Virus record (IMG/VR): IMGVR_UViG_3300020594_000004
Location: 1-41,223 of that record
DNA: 41,223 bases
Direction: 5' to 3' (one strand)
Source: a virus
Taxonomy: Duplodnaviria; Caudoviricetes
Positions 24,405 to 34,222 of this stretch are shown piece after piece; the first letter of the stretch is position 1, and every line of letters starts with the position of its first letter. Under the pieces are notes generated by a model that was given only the letters and a program-made list of their open reading frames with translations, did not search any database and was not told the origin of the DNA. The translations under genes and the position numbers were made by a program.

Positions 24405-25391
24405 ATGCCTATAGAAGCAGCCATGACCCCGGCTCCGGCCGGGAATGATAGCGTTCGCCCCTCGCTTACCCTAGACGACGCCTCCGAACTCGATATCCAC
24501 GATCCCTCCGAGGACACCAACGATATCGAGCAGACGCCGCAGTCTGAGAGCGAGCCGGATGAGGCCGATGTCGGCCAAGAGTCCGATGAAATCGAAGCCA
24601 ATGCGACCGAAGACGAAGATGACGCGACCGGTGACGAGGTTCCGGGAGAGGATGATACCTCGACCCCTGAGCCTGGTGATGACGTTGCAATCTCCGTTGG
24701 CGGCGAAAAGCTCACCTTGGGAGAACTCAAGAAGAGCTATTTCCGCGAGGCAGACTATACGCGCCAAAAGCAAGCCGTTTCCCAGAAAGAACGTGAACTT
24801 GGGGCGCTCGCAACCAGCGTGACCAACTCGGTCAACGCCATCGCTGATTACCTGACCAAAATGCTCCCGCCCGCGCCTGATCCCAATTTGGCGGTCACCG
24901 ACGCGGCAGCCTATGTCCGTCAGCAGGCACTTCACCAGCAGGCCATGGCCAATATCTCGGAAGTGCTCAAGGCCGCCCAAGCCCCCAAGACCGCGACGAA
25001 CCAGCTCACGCAGCAGCAGCATATGGACCTTCTCCAGGCCGAAACTGCCAAGCTTGCCGAAGCCTTCCCGCAGGTCGCTACGGCTGACGGTCACAAGAAG
25101 TTCTTCGACGCCGCTGCGGCGACGGCACGAGAACTTGGCTATTCGGATGCAGAAATTGGCTCGGCAACCGACCACCGGCTGTTCAAGCTGGCGCACTACG
25201 CGCGGCTTGGGCTTCAGGCAGAGGCCGCCCGCGCCAAGGCAAAGCTGAAGGTCGTGAACGTGCCACCGGTAGCGCCCAACAAGCGCCCGGCTGCACAGGA
25301 TGCGACCAAACGTCAGGCAAATCGAAAAGCGGTGGATCGTCTCAAACGATCCGGCTCCCTCGATGACGCAATAAACATCGATTGGGACTAG
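24405..25391 (+). CDS. Scaffolding protein
   Basis: Acidic N-terminus; LTLGELKKSYFREADYTRQKQ; RSGSLDDA tail. Confidence 0.85.
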   Translation: MPIEAAMTPAPAGNDSVRPSLTLDDASELDIHDPSEDTNDIEQTPQSESEPDEADVGQESDEIEANATEDEDDATGDEVPGEDDTSTPEPGDDVAISVGGEKLTLGELKKSYFREADYTRQKQAVSQKERELGALATSVTNSVNAIADYLTKMLPPAPDPNLAVTDAAAYVRQQALHQQAMANISEVLKAAQAPKTATNQLTQQQHMDLLQAETAKLAEAFPQVATADGHKKFFDAAAATARELGYSDAEIGSATDHRLFKLAHYARLGLQAEAARAKAKLKVVNVPPVAPNKRPAAQDATKRQANRKAVDRLKRSGSLDDAINIDWD

Positions 25392-25414
25392 CCGGAGTGC
25401 AATAGGAGGCCAAT

Positions 25415-26404
25415 GTGGCCGCACTCGCTAATACCCAGCTTACCACGACCTCGGTAGGCAACCGCGAAGAGCTTTCGGATGTGATCAACATGATCACCCC
25501 GGAAGACACGCCGATCTACACCGACATCGGCACCGACACCTGCTCCTCGGTTCATCCGGAATGGGAAATCGATGAGCTTGAGCCGCCGGGCGAAAACATC
25601 CGCACTGAAGGTGATGAATATACCTACGATGCGGGCGATACGCCTGATCGGGTGGGCAACTACACCCAGATCATGCGCAAGACCGGCATCATCTCCGAAA
25701 CGCAGGAGACGGTAAGCCAGGCCGGCAACGCCAACAAGGTGAAGCGCCAGAAGCTGAAGCGCGGTGTCGAGCTGCGCAAGGACGTGGAATTGGCCATCGT
25801 GACCAACAACGCGTCCGTGGCCGGCGCTACCCGCGAATTCGGCGGCCTGCCGACCTGGATCGAGACCAACGTGTCTCGCGGCGGTTCGGGCACCAACGGC
25901 GGATTCGACATCAATACCGGCCTGACTGTGGCCGCCGGGAACGGCACCCAGCGTGCCTTCACCAAGGACATCATGGATGATGTGATGAAGCAGGGCTACG
26001 AGAGTGGCGCCAACTTCCGCAACGTCTACGTGTCGCCCTACGTGAAATCGGTGTTCGTCAAGTTCATGTCGGATGCCAACGTCGCTCCGTTCCGCTATGC
26101 GGTTTCGGACGGTGAGCGCAACTCTATCGTCGCGAACGCCGACATCTACGAAGGCCCTTACGGCAAGGTCTACATCAAGCCCAACCGCGTGATGAGCACC
26201 GCCGCGACGGCCCGCAACGCCTTCTTTGTCGACACCTCAATGCTTTCCTTCGCGTGGCTCCGCAAGATCCACGAAGACAAGGACGTCGCTCGCACTGGTG
26301 ACGCCAAGAAGTTCGTTCTGATCGGCGAGGGCACACTGAAGGTTCTCAACGAAGCGGGCATCGGCGTTGCCGCCGACCTCTTCGGCATGACCGCCAGTAC
26401 CTGA
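25415..26404 (+). CDS. Major capsid protein (DUF5309-like)
   Basis: GNREELSDVI..I.PEDTP, NYTQI.RK, ELRKDVE, RTGDA.K motifs. Confidence 0.9.
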   Translation: MAALANTQLTTTSVGNREELSDVINMITPEDTPIYTDIGTDTCSSVHPEWEIDELEPPGENIRTEGDEYTYDAGDTPDRVGNYTQIMRKTGIISETQETVSQAGNANKVKRQKLKRGVELRKDVELAIVTNNASVAGATREFGGLPTWIETNVSRGGSGTNGGFDINTGLTVAAGNGTQRAFTKDIMDDVMKQGYESGANFRNVYVSPYVKSVFVKFMSDANVAPFRYAVSDGERNSIVANADIYEGPYGKVYIKPNRVMSTAATARNAFFVDTSMLSFAWLRKIHEDKDVARTGDAKKFVLIGEGTLKVLNEAGIGVAADLFGMTAST

Positions 26405-26409
26405 CGATT

Positions 26410-26474
26410 CACACTGAGTTTTCAGTGTGCTAGAAATAGCGAACCGGACGGAGACGCCAATCTCTGCCCGGTTC
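26410..26474 (+). promoter_or_regulatory. Palindrome and hairpin leader of the HNH cassette
   Basis: CACACTGA-gttt-TCAGTGTG; GAACCGG...CCGGTTC hairpin. Confidence 0.5.
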
Positions 26475-26506
26475 TCACCATAGCCGCAAACGTACGAGGT
26501 TCGCGA

Positions 26507-27070
26507 ATGGCTGCTAAAGCCCTACCAGCACAAGACGTGCTACTTCAACTGCTTTCATATGACCCCGAGACGGGTAAGCTGTTCTGGAAGGAGCGCGGCC
26601 CTGAGTGGTTCGCAGACGGCAAAATGTCAGCCGTTTCTCGCTCTAGAATTTGGAATGCCCAGAACAGTGGCGTTGAAGCATTCACCAGCCTGCTCGGCAA
26701 GCATGGGCATAGGTGCGGATATATATGGAATGTCCAATATCTTGCCCACCGAGTTATATGGAAAATGGAGTTCGGTGACGAGCCGAAGGTGATCGACCAC
26801 TCTGACGGTGACGCCTCGAACAATCGCCTGAGCAATCTCCGCAATGGAACATCTTCCGATAATCAGAAAAATCGGAAGCTCCCGAAAAACAACACCACTG
26901 GCTTCCATGGTATCTGGAAAGATGCGCAAGGAAGGTGGCGAGCAGAGATCAATACGAGAGGCCGGCGAATTTCGCTGGGGTCGCACGAAACGAAGGAAGC
27001 GGCAATTGAGGCTCGCAAAGCGGCAGAGCGGAAATACGGCTTCCATCCCAATCACGGGCGCTCTGCTTAG
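26507..27070 (+). CDS. HNH homing endonuclease with AP2-like domain
   Basis: YDPETGKL, AHRVIW, IDHSDGD.SNNRLSNLR, NNTTGFHG, LG...EAAIEAR; visibly lower GC. Confidence 0.92.
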   Translation: MAAKALPAQDVLLQLLSYDPETGKLFWKERGPEWFADGKMSAVSRSRIWNAQNSGVEAFTSLLGKHGHRCGYIWNVQYLAHRVIWKMEFGDEPKVIDHSDGDASNNRLSNLRNGTSSDNQKNRKLPKNNTTGFHGIWKDAQGRWRAEINTRGRRISLGSHETKEAAIEARKAAERKYGFHPNHGRSA

Positions 27071-27096
27071 CGTCTAGTACCCATAAAATTCAAACC

Positions 27097-27123
27097 AAGG
27101 CGGTTCTTCGGAGCCGCCTTTTC
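27097..27123 (+). terminator. Intrinsic terminator
   Basis: AAGGCGGTTC-TTCG-GAGCCGCCTT then TTCT. Confidence 0.8.
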
Positions 27124-27137
27124 TCATGGAGAAAGCA

Positions 27138-27455
27138 ATGTCTGATCTCAAAGCCGAGGCCGAAGAGCTTGGCATCAAAGTCGATGGCCGCTGGAGCGAT
27201 GAGCGCCTTCAGCAGGAAATCGACAAGGTTCTTGCCGGCGAAGGCGAAGCAGCCCCGCAGCCCTTCGGCGGCAAGGGTGACCATGACGGTGACGGCAAGG
27301 TTGGCGGCGCTGCCCCAGCACTGATCCCGGTCATGGTCAAACGAGACTTCTGGGACGCTTCTGGCGAACGTCACCGCAAGGGAACGATTGTCGAAGTGAC
27401 CTATGAAGCGGCGCTCGATGGCGTCGAGGCCGGCGCACTGACGCGGGTGAAATAA
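27138..27455 (+). CDS. Small virion-associated protein
   Basis: AEELGIKVDGRWSDERL helix-extension-helix-like motif; DHDGDGKVGG. Confidence 0.7.
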   Translation: MSDLKAEAEELGIKVDGRWSDERLQQEIDKVLAGEGEAAPQPFGGKGDHDGDGKVGGAAPALIPVMVKRDFWDASGERHRKGTIVEVTYEAALDGVEAGALTRVK

Positions 27456-27808
27456 TGCTGGCGTCGTCGGTTTCCAGAGAAGTGCGAGATGGTGGCTGGG
27501 TTCTCTTCGATTGGGACCCAGTGACCGGTCGCACGGTCTGGCAATGCCATGACGATGATGGCAACCCGGTATTCCGCGTGGATACGCCCGTTACAGCTAC
27601 GATCGAGCACAACGCCCAGGTTCGCAATGCCACGCCTGATGGCTGGAAAGGCGACTATCACCGTATCGCCAGCGTCCCCATGCAACTTCTCTATGACAAG
27701 AACGTGGGGCTGAATACGGCGATCCAGCAGGGCGATGACCGCTATCTCAGCCGCTGGCTGAACGACAGCGACAATGCCGCCTGGCGCACGAAAGAGGGGA
27801 GGGTCTAA
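27455..27808 (+). CDS. Hypothetical head-module protein
   Basis: RIASVP...RWLNDSDNAAWRT motif. Confidence 0.7.
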   Translation: MLASSVSREVRDGGWVLFDWDPVTGRTVWQCHDDDGNPVFRVDTPVTATIEHNAQVRNATPDGWKGDYHRIASVPMQLLYDKNVGLNTAIQQGDDRYLSRWLNDSDNAAWRTKEGRV

Positions 27809-28335
27809 TGCCCGCTCTCAACGACTACCTCGACCTGCGTTTCGCTGTTTCCGACCTCGTCGGCTCCCGTGAACTGTCCGACATCATGCCCAGCCTCGTC
27901 TTGCAGGCTGAAATCGTCCTCAATCGCCGGCTGCGCACGCAGTGGCAGGTCAAAACCGTCACTCCGGCATGGGTGGGCAATGAAGCGCCTTTGCCTGCTG
28001 ACTTCCTCCAGCTCGCGTATCCCGATGATCGGCTCTATGTCCTCAACGGGATGCTTTACCGCAAGCCCCACCGGGCCTGGCCCGATGGCATCGCGTACTA
28101 TGCAGCGCTTCCCACGCTGACCTCTGCATCCTCGGCTTCAAACTGGCTGCTGGAGCAGGCGCCTAATGCCTATCTGTTCGCCGTCGCCTATCAGGCCGCC
28201 AAGCACCTCAACAATCCAGAATTGGCCACCGGCATGGATCATGCCCTCACCGGCGAACTGATGGCCGTGAAAGTGGACGACGAGCGGGCGCGCTACAGCA
28301 ATCACTCGGTCAAGGTCGCGGGGTGTGTGCCATGA
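27808..28335 (+). CDS. Head-tail adaptor (putative)
   Basis: AE..LNRRLR and SNWLLEQAPNAYLF. Confidence 0.7.
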   Translation: MPALNDYLDLRFAVSDLVGSRELSDIMPSLVLQAEIVLNRRLRTQWQVKTVTPAWVGNEAPLPADFLQLAYPDDRLYVLNGMLYRKPHRAWPDGIAYYAALPTLTSASSASNWLLEQAPNAYLFAVAYQAAKHLNNPELATGMDHALTGELMAVKVDDERARYSNHSVKVAGCVP

Positions 28336-28937
28336 CGCTGCTCACGATCGCGCAGACCGTAGCCATTAATGCCAGCATCGAGCCGCCTGACTCTGTGCAG
28401 ACCGCTGATGATGACACCGCCAAGCTGGTGCAGTTCATCAACGAAGCCGGGCAGGAATGCACGCGCCGGGTGGATTGGTCGAATCTGCGCAAGGGCATCA
28501 ACGTGCCCGGAACCGGGTTTGATGCACCCTATGACCTCCCGTCCGACTATATGCGTCTTGTGCGTGGCATGTCTGTAGCGGTCGGGATGATAGCGGTTCG
28601 AGGCGGCCTGAGTGCCGATGAATGGTTTTCCATCGAACAGCAGATGGGGACGCCGCGATATTATCGGATGTCGGGCAAAACCATCTCGTTTTATCCCTAT
28701 CCGGCAGAGGCCATGACGGTTCGGCTTCAATATATTTCCAGTTGGTGGGTGTTTGGCGACAAAGCTGAGATGAGCGCGAACGGAGATAGAGCGCGTATCG
28801 ATGAGAACATGATTGCAAAAGGCGCGATCTGGCGGTTTCGCCGCCATATTGGCGCCGACTATCAGGACCAACTTGCCGAGTTCGAAGCTGTTCTTGCCGA
28901 TAGGGCCGCCGCAGACAGTGCGGAGCGGCTTCCATGA
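28332..28937 (+). CDS. Second adaptor/tail tubular A-like protein
   Basis: MTLLTIAQ, YDLPSDY, GTPRYY and FYPYP motifs. Confidence 0.65.
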   Translation: MTLLTIAQTVAINASIEPPDSVQTADDDTAKLVQFINEAGQECTRRVDWSNLRKGINVPGTGFDAPYDLPSDYMRLVRGMSVAVGMIAVRGGLSADEWFSIEQQMGTPRYYRMSGKTISFYPYPAEAMTVRLQYISSWWVFGDKAEMSANGDRARIDENMIAKGAIWRFRRHIGADYQDQLAEFEAVLADRAAADSAERLP

Positions 28938-30610
28938 CTTTTATTCGCCCAGCGCGAGCCGAAGGCCGCCCTTCTGCCAAAAAGCCGAAGGTTTACCAGG
29001 CATACTCTTTCCCGGCGCCCACCCTTGGATGGCTCTCCAACAACAACCTGGCTATGTCCATGCCGGGCGGTGCCTACGTGCTGGAGAACTGGTTTCCGAC
29101 GCCCACTGGCGCCATTATGCGCCGCGGAAAACAGAAATATGCGACCCTAGGGGCGGGCAATCTGCCTGTGCGATCGCTCTTTGCCTATATCGAGGGCAAC
29201 AATCGCAAGTTGTTCGGGTCAACCGACGCTAACATTTTCGATATCACCTCCGTCAACCAGCCCAACAACGCAATCATCGCTACGGAAGACGATGACATGC
29301 TGGAGACTGAGGATGACGACACGATCGGGTGGGGCTCGACGGACGGTCTCGATGTCTGGCCGAATACCGAAGGACGCTGGATCGTTGTTCAGTTCGAAAC
29401 GGCCGGCGGCACTTATTTGCGCGGGGTCAACGGAGCCGATACGCCGTTCGTGTTCGACGGCACGGACTTTAGCACGACACCCGCCATCACCTTTCCCACT
29501 CCTGTCACCTTGACCCCTGATGTTCTCTCCTACGTGTGGGTCTACAAGAACCGGCTCTTCTTCCTGGAAAAGGGTACGACCAATGTCTGGTATCTGCCGG
29601 TCGGGCAGTTGGCAGGAGAATTGAAAAAGCTGCCCATGGGCGGCGAGCTACCGCGCGGTGGCACCCTGGTTTACGGTGCGAGTTGGTCGCAAGATGTAGG
29701 CGACGGCCTCAACGAAATGTGGATCGTGGCCAGTTCTGAAGGCGAAGTTGCGGTCTATCAGGGCGACAATCCTGACAGCGCCGAGTCATGGGGCAAGGTC
29801 GGAGTGTATCGCGTAGGAAAACCTCTTGGTGATCGCGCTCATGTTCAGATCGGTGGCGACCTTGCCATGGCGACAGATGCCGCCTTGGTGCCGCTGACGC
29901 AAGCCTTGCGTCGAGATTATAGCGAACTGGCAGCCTCAAGCTTTTCCTCGCCCATCGAGGCGGCGTGGCCGGAGCAGGTACAGAGCCGCCCCGGCGAGCG
30001 CTGGGAAGCCGTTCTGTGGACCGACAAGCAAATGCTCGTCGCCGCGCTTCCGCGCTTTGAGAATGTGCCTGATGGTATGCTGGTGATGAACTCGCGTACC
30101 GGGAAGTGGGGATATTTTACGAACTGGCAGGCCAACTGCCTGGCGGTGTTCGATGGGCGGCTGTTCTTCGGCTCAGATGATGGCGCGGTCTATGAGGCCA
30201 ACGTAACAGGCACCGATGACGGCGTGCCCTATACCGCCGCCTATGTTCCCATGTTCGACCAGATGGAAGCACCCGGGCACAAGACGATGACCATGGCTCG
30301 CGCCGTGCTCAAGACGGCCCATGATATCGTTGAGCGTATCGCCAACCAGACTGACTTCACTGTCAGGCTACCGGCCGCACCCGGCGCTTCACGACCTGCA
30401 TTCGGCTCGTTCTGGGGCTCCATGATCTGGGGCCAGGATCGCTGGGGCGGTGCGCCGGAAAAGCGCATCGTGCAGAAGTGGCGTTCGCAGTTCGGGACGG
30501 GGGAAGTGCACGCCCCGGCTGTGATGATTACCTCTGGCTCGGTCACGCCACTGGATGTTGAGCTTATCCGCGTCGACGTGGCGTTTACGGTGGCGGACCC
30601 GATAACGTGA
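28934..30610 (+). CDS. Tail hub/nozzle (DNA stabilisation) protein
   Basis: 558 aa beta-rich; LENWFPT, VYKNRLFF; podovirus gene order. Confidence 0.7.
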   Translation: MTFIRPARAEGRPSAKKPKVYQAYSFPAPTLGWLSNNNLAMSMPGGAYVLENWFPTPTGAIMRRGKQKYATLGAGNLPVRSLFAYIEGNNRKLFGSTDANIFDITSVNQPNNAIIATEDDDMLETEDDDTIGWGSTDGLDVWPNTEGRWIVVQFETAGGTYLRGVNGADTPFVFDGTDFSTTPAITFPTPVTLTPDVLSYVWVYKNRLFFLEKGTTNVWYLPVGQLAGELKKLPMGGELPRGGTLVYGASWSQDVGDGLNEMWIVASSEGEVAVYQGDNPDSAESWGKVGVYRVGKPLGDRAHVQIGGDLAMATDAALVPLTQALRRDYSELAASSFSSPIEAAWPEQVQSRPGERWEAVLWTDKQMLVAALPRFENVPDGMLVMNSRTGKWGYFTNWQANCLAVFDGRLFFGSDDGAVYEANVTGTDDGVPYTAAYVPMFDQMEAPGHKTMTMARAVLKTAHDIVERIANQTDFTVRLPAAPGASRPAFGSFWGSMIWGQDRWGGAPEKRIVQKWRSQFGTGEVHAPAVMITSGSVTPLDVELIRVDVAFTVADPIT

Positions 30611-31077
30611 GGTGGCTTTCACCGGAGATTGCTGACGGGAGCGCGACCGACGCCCTCGGGCTTTGGTGCGCCTCAAGATTGGGGCTGCCGCGTCCGTTCG
30701 AGAACTTCGCGGCGCTCGGGGTCTTCGAGGGAAACGAGCTAAGCGCTGTTGTCGTCTATCACAACTGGTATCCCGAAAATGGCGTCATGGAATTGAGCTG
30801 CGCGAGCACCAGCCCCCGTTGGATGACGCGGCCGGTCCTGCATGAAATGTTCTCGTTCCCATTTGATCGACGCGGCTGTCAGCTCGTCGCAATGCGGGTT
30901 TCCGAACACAACCACACGGCAGAGGGCAGGGGGCTGCTGCGCATGTCCCGTGCCTATGGCTTCGAAGAGCATCGCATTCCTCGCCTGCGCGGCCGCGACG
31001 AAGCAGAAATCATCTTTACCCTGACGGATGACGCCTGGCGCGCCAACGGGTTTCACAAGGAGCATAGGAATGGGTAA
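30607..31077 (+). CDS. GNAT-fold acetyltransferase-like protein
   Basis: VVYHNW, FPFDRRGCQ, V.EHN, GFEE..I; usual position before ejection proteins. Confidence 0.75.
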   Translation: MRWLSPEIADGSATDALGLWCASRLGLPRPFENFAALGVFEGNELSAVVVYHNWYPENGVMELSCASTSPRWMTRPVLHEMFSFPFDRRGCQLVAMRVSEHNHTAEGRGLLRMSRAYGFEEHRIPRLRGRDEAEIIFTLTDDAWRANGFHKEHRNG

Positions 31078-32098
31078 AGCCCCCTCCGCACCTGATCCGA
31101 AAGAGACGGCTTCCGCCTCTACCGGCACCAACGTTGCGACCGCCATTGCCAACACTATGATGGGCAATGTCAATCAGGTCACACCGGACGGCTCACTCAG
31201 CTACAGCCAGAGCGGCAGCTACAAGTTCACCGACCCCTACACGGGGCAGAGCTACGACATTCCGACTTTCACGGCCACCCAGACGCTTTCGCCCGAGCAG
31301 CAGGCCATTGCCGACCAGGTGAACGCTGCCAAGGGCAATCTCGCAGGTTTGGCCAACACGCTCAGTTCCAATGCGTCCGAGAGCCTTTCGCAGCCCTTCC
31401 AGTTCAACAATTCGGATGCTGAACAGTGGGCCTATGACCTGGCCTCGCCGCGCATTCTCAAGCAGCAGGCGGCGAACGACGAAACACTCCGCACCAAACT
31501 CCTGAATTCGGGCATTCGCGAGGGCACGCCAGCTTGGAATGCAGAGATGGAGCGGCTGACCAATGCGAACTCCGATCAACTGAACCAGCTCGCGCTTTCC
31601 GGTCGGTCGCAGGCCTACAGCGAGGCCCGCGACAAGTACACGTTACCCGCCAACATGGTGACGGGGCTGCTCTCAGGTTCGCAGGTTAGCCAGCCCAACT
31701 ACGTCAATACCAATATGCCGCAAATCCCGACGACTGATACGGCGGGCATCATCAACTCGAACTATCAGCAGCAACTTGCGGCATGGCAGCAGAACCAGGG
31801 CATCCTTGGTGGCCTCATGGGCGGCGTCGGCACCCTGTTGGGCGCCCCCGCTTCCAGCATCGGAGGCAAGCTGATCGGCCTTTCCGACAAGCGGACGAAG
31901 AAAGACATCGAAAAGCGCGGCGAGATCGATGGCATGCCGATCTACGACTTCAACTACCGCAGCGAACCGGATGGAGTTCCCAAGCATACCGGGCTGATGG
32001 CGCAGGATGTCGAGAAGGTGAAGCCTGACGCGGTGATCAAGCGGAACGGCCTGATGTACGTGGACTACGGCAAGGCCCTCAAGAAAAGGGTGGCATAA
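31070..32098 (+). CDS. Ejection protein 1 with C-terminal peptidase S74-like domain
   Basis: MGKAPSAPDP, NQVTPDGSL, LSDKRTKKDI...GLMAQDVE...VDYG. Confidence 0.75.
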   Translation: MGKAPSAPDPKETASASTGTNVATAIANTMMGNVNQVTPDGSLSYSQSGSYKFTDPYTGQSYDIPTFTATQTLSPEQQAIADQVNAAKGNLAGLANTLSSNASESLSQPFQFNNSDAEQWAYDLASPRILKQQAANDETLRTKLLNSGIREGTPAWNAEMERLTNANSDQLNQLALSGRSQAYSEARDKYTLPANMVTGLLSGSQVSQPNYVNTNMPQIPTTDTAGIINSNYQQQLAAWQQNQGILGGLMGGVGTLLGAPASSIGGKLIGLSDKRTKKDIEKRGEIDGMPIYDFNYRSEPDGVPKHTGLMAQDVEKVKPDAVIKRNGLMYVDYGKALKKRVA

Positions 32099-33912
32099 TG
32101 GCGAGCTACATTTTCGGCGGGAACACCGGTGAGACGCCAGAGAGCGTCCGGCAGAAGCGCCAACTGGCTGATATGCTTCTTGGGCGCACTCAGGGCGCGA
32201 AGAACTGGGGCGAGGGCTTTGGCGCGATTGCAAGCGGTCTAGCTTCCCGATGGAATCGTGAGGCCGCCGACGAAGGCGAAAAGGCCGGCATGGCTTCGGC
32301 AATGGCGGGTTGGCAGGATGCTGTTCGCCGGGCCTTGGGAGGCGATACGTCTTCTCTGGCCAGCTTCGGTGGAGGCGGCGTAGCCGTCCCGCAGTCGGCC
32401 AATGCCGACATGATCCGGCAGGGCCTTCTTGACCGTGGGCTGTCACCGCAGGTGGCGGACGCGTTCATGATGAATTTTGCGGATGAAAGTTCGCTCAACC
32501 CGAGCGCCAATGAAGCTTCGCCGCTCGTTCCCGGCTCGCGCGGCGGCTTTGGTCTCGCGCAGTGGACCGGCCCGCGTCGACAGGCTCTCGAAGCCTTCGC
32601 CGCTCAACGTGGCGCGCCCGTAGGTGATGTGAATACGCAGCTCGACTTCCTCATGAGCGAGTTGGGCGGTCCAGAAGCGTCGGCCTATCAAGCCATTCAG
32701 GCTGCGCCGGATACTGGTTCTGCTGCGGCGGCGATTGCCCGAAACTTCCTTCGCCCGGCTCAACAGCATCTCGACGCGCGCGTGGCAAAGTATATGGGCG
32801 GCGGCAATTCCGCTCCTACGCAGGTCGCCAGCCTTGACCCGAGCATTGGCATGCCAACTTCTGCCCCGCAGATGACTGCCCAGCCGCAAACGCAGGCCGT
32901 TACGCCTCAGGTAGCCCAGACGCGGACGGCGCCTCAGCCGGTCGCTCAGGCTGGCGGGAACGCCGATTTGCAGTACCTGCTTTCTGTCGCAGGCAACCCG
33001 TGGCTCACGGACGGCCAGCGCTCCGTTATTGGCACCCTGATCGAGCAGCAGATGCGGCAGCAAGACCCTATGCGTCAGTTGCAGATGCAGCAGGCGCAAC
33101 AGGGACTTGAGAAGGGGCAGCTTGAGATTAATGCCTTGCGCAACCCGAAGGCCGACCCCGGTTACCGCGTCCTGACCAAAGAGGAAGCCGCAACCCTCAA
33201 TCTCCCCGATGGCGCCTATCAAGTTGGCCCCGATAATAAGGTTTACGAGATAGGTGGTGGCGGTGTGAACGTGAATGTAGGTGGTGACGGCCAGCGGATG
33301 GGGACTATTCCTGCCGGGATGGCCGCCGTAGAAGACCCAACGAATCCATCTGGTTTCCGTCTTGAACCCATCCCGGGAGGCCCGGTAGCGGCAGAAGCTG
33401 CGGCGGCAGCTGATAAGGCCGGAATGCGCGACGACATGTCGACTGTATCGTCAGACACCGTCATCGCCCAGGCGGCCAAGGCGCGGGAACTGATTGGCCC
33501 CATGACAACCGGTGCTGGCGGCTGGATTTTTGGCAATCTGCCTTTCAGCGATGCCGCCGACATGTACCGCTACGTTTCCTCTCTAAAATCGACAGCCGCA
33601 GCTGAGAACATCAATCAGATGCGTCAATCCAGCCCAACAGGCGGCGCACTTGGCAATGCCTCTGATGCCGATATCAAGTTGCTTCAGGATAAGGCCGGCG
33701 CTCTCGATCCGGCTTCCCCCCGGTTCCCTGAAATGCTGGACGACTACGAGCACACGCTGTTGCGCATCATCCATGGGCCGAAAGCCGGGGATGAAATCTT
33801 CTCGAAGTCGAGAGGCGAGGTTCGACAGCCATCTCAATCGGCCACCGATCCCGGAGCAAAGCAATCAGCCCCAGGAGATATCGAAGACATTTTGAAGGGG
33901 TATGGGCTGTGA
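32098..33912 (+). CDS. Ejection protein 2 with phage tail lysozyme domain
   Basis: NFADESSLNP...GFGLAQWTGPRR...TQLDF...FLRP. Confidence 0.8.
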   Translation: MASYIFGGNTGETPESVRQKRQLADMLLGRTQGAKNWGEGFGAIASGLASRWNREAADEGEKAGMASAMAGWQDAVRRALGGDTSSLASFGGGGVAVPQSANADMIRQGLLDRGLSPQVADAFMMNFADESSLNPSANEASPLVPGSRGGFGLAQWTGPRRQALEAFAAQRGAPVGDVNTQLDFLMSELGGPEASAYQAIQAAPDTGSAAAAIARNFLRPAQQHLDARVAKYMGGGNSAPTQVASLDPSIGMPTSAPQMTAQPQTQAVTPQVAQTRTAPQPVAQAGGNADLQYLLSVAGNPWLTDGQRSVIGTLIEQQMRQQDPMRQLQMQQAQQGLEKGQLEINALRNPKADPGYRVLTKEEAATLNLPDGAYQVGPDNKVYEIGGGGVNVNVGGDGQRMGTIPAGMAAVEDPTNPSGFRLEPIPGGPVAAEAAAAADKAGMRDDMSTVSSDTVIAQAAKARELIGPMTTGAGGWIFGNLPFSDAADMYRYVSSLKSTAAAENINQMRQSSPTGGALGNASDADIKLLQDKAGALDPASPRFPEMLDDYEHTLLRIIHGPKAGDEIFSKSRGEVRQPSQSATDPGAKQSAPGDIEDILKGYGL

Positions 33913-33957
33913 TCGACGCCAAGCAAAGACGACTGGATCAAGAGGCAATGGAGGAGG

Positions 33958-34173
33958 TTATGCGTCGGCAGCTTTTGCTTCGAGCATCTCTCGGTAAGCC
34001 CGAAGCGTCTCAATCGTTGCCGAATGTCCGCCCTGAAGCCGCATCGCCTTTTCAATCTCAATGATGCGCTCAGGAAGTCCGGGGATGTCGGGTAGCGAGT
34101 TGAGCAACATGCTCAGCATCAGGCGGACCCCGTGCAATTCGCCCTGCAATTCTAAAAGTGTGTCGTTATCCAT
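33958..34173 (-). CDS. Antisense moron, hypothetical 71-aa protein
   Basis: MDNDTLLELQG with GGAGG RBS; fills the gap between ejection genes. Confidence 0.6.
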   Translation of the reverse strand: MDNDTLLELQGELHGVRLMLSMLLNSLPDIPGLPERIIEIEKAMRLQGGHSATIETLRAYREMLEAKAADA

Positions 34174-34222
34174 GAGCCCTCCATGCTCCGCATAATTGGA
34201 GCTTTTCCTATCGGAGTCCAGA

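Noticed and set aside
22913-25424. Long antisense ORFs opposite portal and scaffold (also 29-913, 13228-14274, 20526-21509)
   Set aside because: Shadow ORFs expected from high-GC codon bias
26390-26510. Capsid frameshift/readthrough or group I intron
   Set aside because: No slippery sequence at the capsid end, the capsid gene is uninterrupted, and no intron core was recognised
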